DNA from: a virus
DNA: 64,000 nucleotides
Virus record (IMG/VR): IMGVR_UViG_2561511210_000002
Coordinates: 988-64,987 of that record
Direction: 5' to 3' (one strand)
The translations under genes and the position numbers were made by a program. The notes beneath the pieces are model-generated. The model ran no database searches. It saw only the letters and a list, made by a program, of their open reading frames with translations, and was not told where the DNA came from. Of this stretch, positions 60,558 through 64,000 are shown piece after piece. Every line of letters starts with the position of its first letter. Position 1 is the first letter of the stretch.

Positions 60558-61750
60558 GTATCCGTGACAGCCTCAATAGTCGCCGCCCCGTGCCGGAAGA
60601 GTCGGCACCAGAGCAGGCGAAAATGCGCGCGGAGTGGGACGGCACCGCAGGTTTTATTCAGACGGGCAAGGTCTCAGATGACTTCGACGAGCAGGACTTC
60701 GAGGGGATTCTCCGGGAGTTCGCCGACGAACTGCACTACGACCCAGCCAAGGTTGAGATTGCCGGTAACCCACAGGTCGTGGTGTGGGAGACGGGCTTCC
60801 GCAACAAGGAGGGGGAGTGGGAGAAGCATAAGCACCACTCCTGGCGGTATCACCTCGCCGTCCGGCGTTGGGCTATAGACCTACCCGCCTTGTATGCGGA
60901 GGTCCGCAAGACGAGGCCGGTGCAGCCGAAGAAACCCACAGGGGAGTCGACGGTTGTGGTGTGCTGGGCAGACATTCAAACCGGGAAGGTCGACCACCTG
61001 GGCGGCGTCAAAGAGTTATTACTGCGCCTTCAGGAAAAGCGGGAAAACCTGAACGCCTACCTGAAACGTTCAAGGTTTGATCGCATCATCATCGCGGACG
61101 TGGGCGACATTGTGGAGGGCTTCGACAACGTCACAGCCCAAACCCGCACCAACGGCCTATCTCTCATGGATCAGGTCGAGGTTGCCGCCACGGAGTTCTG
61201 GAAGACCATCACCCTGTGCGCCAAGCATGCCCCTGTGGATGTTCTGTCCATCCCGTCCAATCACGGGCAGTGGCGCCGCGGAAAGGATCTGATCGGGAAG
61301 CCCACCGACGACTGGGGATTGGCCATCTCCAAACGTCTGGAATGGCACAACAACCCCGACAACCAAGGCCCGAACCTCCCGGTGGAGTTCCACCGGCCGC
61401 CCGAGTGGTGCGAGACTCTGCAGTTCGATGTACGCGGCACCAGGTTGGGGCTGGCGCACGGCCACCAAGCCTCCGGCGCTGACCGGGTTAAGACGTGGTG
61501 GGAGAAGATGACCCACGGCGGCGTTATGGACTGTCACGTCCTCTTGACTGGACATTTCCACTACGCCAGCCTTCGCCCCCATGGGCGGGATCAAGTAACG
61601 GGTAAGGCGCGCTGGCATATCCAAGCCTCAACCCTGGACAACGGCTCCGCGTGGGTGATGAACAAGATGGGCGAAGACGGAGATCCGGCACTGACGGTGT
61701 TCCAGATCAACAACGACGGCTTCGACGTACAGAGCTTCGCCCTCCTATGA
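60554..61750 (+). CDS. Calcineurin-like metallophosphoesterase
   Basis: ADIQ, GDIVEG, SNHG, HGH, GHFH. Confidence 0.85.
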   Translation: MSIRDSLNSRRPVPEESAPEQAKMRAEWDGTAGFIQTGKVSDDFDEQDFEGILREFADELHYDPAKVEIAGNPQVVVWETGFRNKEGEWEKHKHHSWRYHLAVRRWAIDLPALYAEVRKTRPVQPKKPTGESTVVVCWADIQTGKVDHLGGVKELLLRLQEKRENLNAYLKRSRFDRIIIADVGDIVEGFDNVTAQTRTNGLSLMDQVEVAATEFWKTITLCAKHAPVDVLSIPSNHGQWRRGKDLIGKPTDDWGLAISKRLEWHNNPDNQGPNLPVEFHRPPEWCETLQFDVRGTRLGLAHGHQASGADRVKTWWEKMTHGGVMDCHVLLTGHFHYASLRPHGRDQVTGKARWHIQASTLDNGSAWVMNKMGEDGDPALTVFQINNDGFDVQSFALL

Positions 61751-62394
61751 AACGTCACGATACGATTCAAGTAGGCGCCAACGCTGAAAAGCGCTGCCCG
61801 AGATGCGAAACCGTCAAGCCCGTCACGGCATTCTCGGTTGACCGTAACCGAAAAAGCGGCCGAAACTGTTACTGCCTCGAATGTACGCGTAGGACCAACC
61901 GGGCGTCGTATAGCCGGAACTTCGAGGGTGAGAAAGCCCGGAAGGCGGCAGCCTACAAGCGTGACCGTGAGAAGTTTTTGGCGCGAAACAGGCGCCGGCG
62001 GGCTGATAATTACGAACGCGAGCTGGAAACGAACCGTAAGTACTACCACGATAACAAGGCTCAAGTTCGGGCCTGGCACAAGCGCTACTACGAAGCTAAT
62101 AAGGATGCAGCCTTCGCGGCAAGTCAGCGGCGGCGGGCTCGCATGCGGTCCGCTGCTACCGCCCCGTTCTCCATGGACGATCTGCGGATGAAGTGGCGCT
62201 ACTGGGGTAATAGGTGCTGGATCTGCGGCGGGAATCCCACTGCGACTGATCACGTCAAGCCACTGAGCAAAGGCGGTGCCCATATGCTGTGCAACCTCAG
62301 GCCGATCTGTAAACCTTGCAACTCGGCAAAGCATGACAAGTGGCCGTATCAGCGTCCGATACCCGCTGATACTTCCGAAGATGTCGCGAGCTAG
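61747..62394 (+). CDS. HNH endonuclease
   Basis: CWICG...DHVKPLSKGG...NLRPICKPCNSAK. Confidence 0.9.
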   Translation: MKRHDTIQVGANAEKRCPRCETVKPVTAFSVDRNRKSGRNCYCLECTRRTNRASYSRNFEGEKARKAAAYKRDREKFLARNRRRRADNYERELETNRKYYHDNKAQVRAWHKRYYEANKDAAFAASQRRRARMRSAATAPFSMDDLRMKWRYWGNRCWICGGNPTATDHVKPLSKGGAHMLCNLRPICKPCNSAKHDKWPYQRPIPADTSEDVAS

Positions 62395-62396
62395 CT

Positions 62397-62624
62397 ATGA
62401 GCGACAACCACCCTGAAGAACTCATACAGAAGTACGTAGAAGCGATGGATCAAGAACCCGGCTGGCGGGTATCAGATTTCGTGCTCATGGTCGGATTCGA
62501 GAGAGTCCAAGCGGACGGCACCATAGAACACACCTACGGTGTGTACGAGGGTGAGAACCAATCACCATGGGCTACACACGGTTTAGTCGCCAACGGTATA
62601 GAACACCTAGAACGAACTGAGTGA
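62397..62624 (+). CDS. Hypothetical protein
   Basis: ORF following the HNH gene. Confidence 0.65.
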   Translation: MSDNHPEELIQKYVEAMDQEPGWRVSDFVLMVGFERVQADGTIEHTYGVYEGENQSPWATHGLVANGIEHLERTE

Positions 62625-62945
62625 CTATGACTGGCTGTTCCAGTGGGCTAGGTCTTCATCGTCGATCAGTGTGACGACGATCTGGGCGATTCGCTCATCA
62701 CTCTCGTCAGTGCCGTAGTCCACGATCCACGCCCAGATGTCGTAGCCGCCGTCGCCGAATCCTGCCGAAAACTGCACCCCGGACCCGTACTTACTGAATA
62801 GGTTGTGACCACTACCTATTCCGGGATACTTGGCTGGGGCAAAAGCAGGGTCGGTGATCGCGGCCATGGCCGAGTCAACTGAAACGCCGCCGATGCGTTC
62901 CCATCGACCGTTGCGGCCTGGGGCCGGTGTTGGTGGTTGACTCAT
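62625..62945 (-). CDS. Hypothetical protein
   Basis: VSVDSA...SAGFGDGGY; follows the conserved promoter. Confidence 0.7.
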   Translation of the reverse strand: MSQPPTPAPGRNGRWERIGGVSVDSAMAAITDPAFAPAKYPGIGSGHNLFSKYGSGVQFSAGFGDGGYDIWAWIVDYGTDESDERIAQIVVTLIDDEDLAHWNSQS

Positions 62946-62986
62946 CCCTCAATTTTACCGAGCTGCAGCGAAAGTCGCGGTGTCTA
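62946..62986 (-). promoter_or_regulatory. GACAC-box leaderless promoter, copy 4
   Basis: Minus strand TAGACACCGCGACTTTCGCTGCAGCTCGGTAAAATTGAGGG-ATG. Confidence 0.7.
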
Positions 62987-63125
62987 GGCCCCGCGCGAGG
63001 AGAGCGCGCAGGGAACTAGCTCACCGTACCGCGCCCATCTATTTGATGTATCCGGCGTCGCGGACAAAATAGCCCGCCGCCTGCGTGTTTCTACCTTATC
63101 CACAACCTGATCGGGGAGGGTTCCC

Positions 63126-63256
63126 ATGGCTTTGCATCCATCTGATTGGGCGTGGATCACTATGGCTGCTGGGATCGTCGCCTACGAGATCACCTGCCCA
63201 CCGGGGGAGCTGCTATCGGACGCCACTGCACGGTACGGGCAGTCCCACATGTTCCT
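63126..63256 (+). pseudogene. Small phage membrane protein interrupted by IS256
   Basis: SDWAWITMAAGIVAYE...ELLS; GGGAGG RBS. Confidence 0.65.
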
Positions 63257-64000
63257 GGTTGTGTCCAGCAGAGTGGTGTACGAGTCGGGCCTGATCAGTG
63301 GTACCGGCGTGTCGTAGCCGAATGATTGAAGGTCATCGCGTGATTCTTCGAGAGACCCGTCAAAGTCACTCGAGCAAAGGAATCGACGCGATGACCACTG
63401 CCCACAATATCGACCTCCCCGCCGTGCTCGCCGAACGACTCACCACCGCCCATCCCGACGTGCTGCGCGAGTTGTTGGCCACGTTCATCCACACCCTGAT
63501 GGGTGCCGAAGCCGATGCTTTGTGTGGCGCCGGGTACGGCGAGCGCAGCACGGAGCGCACCAATTCCCGAAATGGCTATCGGCACCGCCAATTCGATACC
63601 CGCGCAGGCACATTGGATTTGGCCATCCCGAAGCTGCGCGCCGGGTCGTACTTCCCGGACTGGCTGTTGGAACGCCGCAAACGCGCCGAGCGGGCGCTGA
63701 CCACCGTGGTCGCAACTTGCTATCTGCTCGGTGTCTCGACACGGCGGATGGACAAGCTGGTCGAGACGTTGGGCATCACGTCGCTGTCGAAGTCCCAGGT
63801 CTCGGTGATGGCCAAGGAACTCGACGCCGCCGTCGAGGCGTTTCGCACCCGGCCGCTCGACGCCGGCCCGTACGCGTTCGTGGCCGCTGACGCCCTGGTG
63901 CTCAAGGTCCGCGAAGGCGGGCGGGTGGTCAATGTGCACGCTCTGATCGCGGTCGGGGTCAACGCCGAGGGCTACCGCGAGATCCTCGGGATCGACGTGT
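63257..64000 (+). mobile_element. IS256-family element (partial; left end approximate)
   Basis: Phage ORF similarity appears to break at GGTTGTGTCC; transposase follows. Confidence 0.85.
63391..64000 (+). CDS. IS256-family transposase (IS1081-like), runs off the window
   Basis: NSRNGYRHR.FDTRAGTLDLAIPKLR.GSYFPDWLL...YLLGVSTRRM...DALVLKVRE. Confidence 0.93.
   Translation, partial: MTTAHNIDLPAVLAERLTTAHPDVLRELLATFIHTLMGAEADALCGAGYGERSTERTNSRNGYRHRQFDTRAGTLDLAIPKLRAGSYFPDWLLERRKRAERALTTVVATCYLLGVSTRRMDKLVETLGITSLSKSQVSVMAKELDAAVEAFRTRPLDAGPYAFVAADALVLKVREGGRVVNVHALIAVGVNAEGYREILGIDV

Larger units (their letters stand above)
1..64000. mobile_element. Prophage (temperate mycobacterial siphovirus), IS-disrupted; extends past both window edges
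   Basis: Repressor/Cro, terminase, portal, capsid, tape measure, LysA/holin/LysB in canonical order; no host housekeeping genes seen. Confidence 0.97.

Noticed and set aside
63295..63939. 214-aa minus-strand ORF
   Set aside because: Antisense shadow of the IS256 transposase.
1..64000. Integrase, att sites, tRNA, reverse transcriptase/DGR, polymorphic-toxin ESX cassette
   Set aside because: None recognised by eye; they may lie outside the window. tRNAscan and HMM searches were not run.

Overview
The whole window is a temperate siphovirus prophage of a mycobacterium. A Mycobacteroides abscessus/chelonae-type host is inferred from gene content; the integrase and att sites fall outside the window. 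From left to right: an immunity/accessory region (DUF3263, ImmA/IrrE-like protease, NYN nuclease with a convergent predicted small RNA, long repressor, Cro-like gene); a rightward early region (ParB-like, excise, ERF recombinase, truncated RepA-like gene, two WhiB, many small mosaic genes); HicAB; a glycosyltransferase cluster; HNH/terminase/portal/capsid/tail genes; lysin A, holin and lysin B; a metallophosphoesterase; and an HNH gene. Eight IS elements interrupt it: 2 IS6110-like, 5 copies of a second IS3-family element, and 1 IS256. They break the portal, scaffold, packaging HNH, Rep and two glycosyltransferases, so the prophage is very probably defective. Target-site duplications show that two segments are swapped, either in vivo or by misassembly. 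The most notable signals are: a PafBC-type promoter on the ImmA protease; a LexA box on a leaderless orphan gene; four 41-nt GACAC-box leaderless promoters that may be a WhiA/phage-WhiB regulon; and a candidate NYN toxin/small-RNA module.
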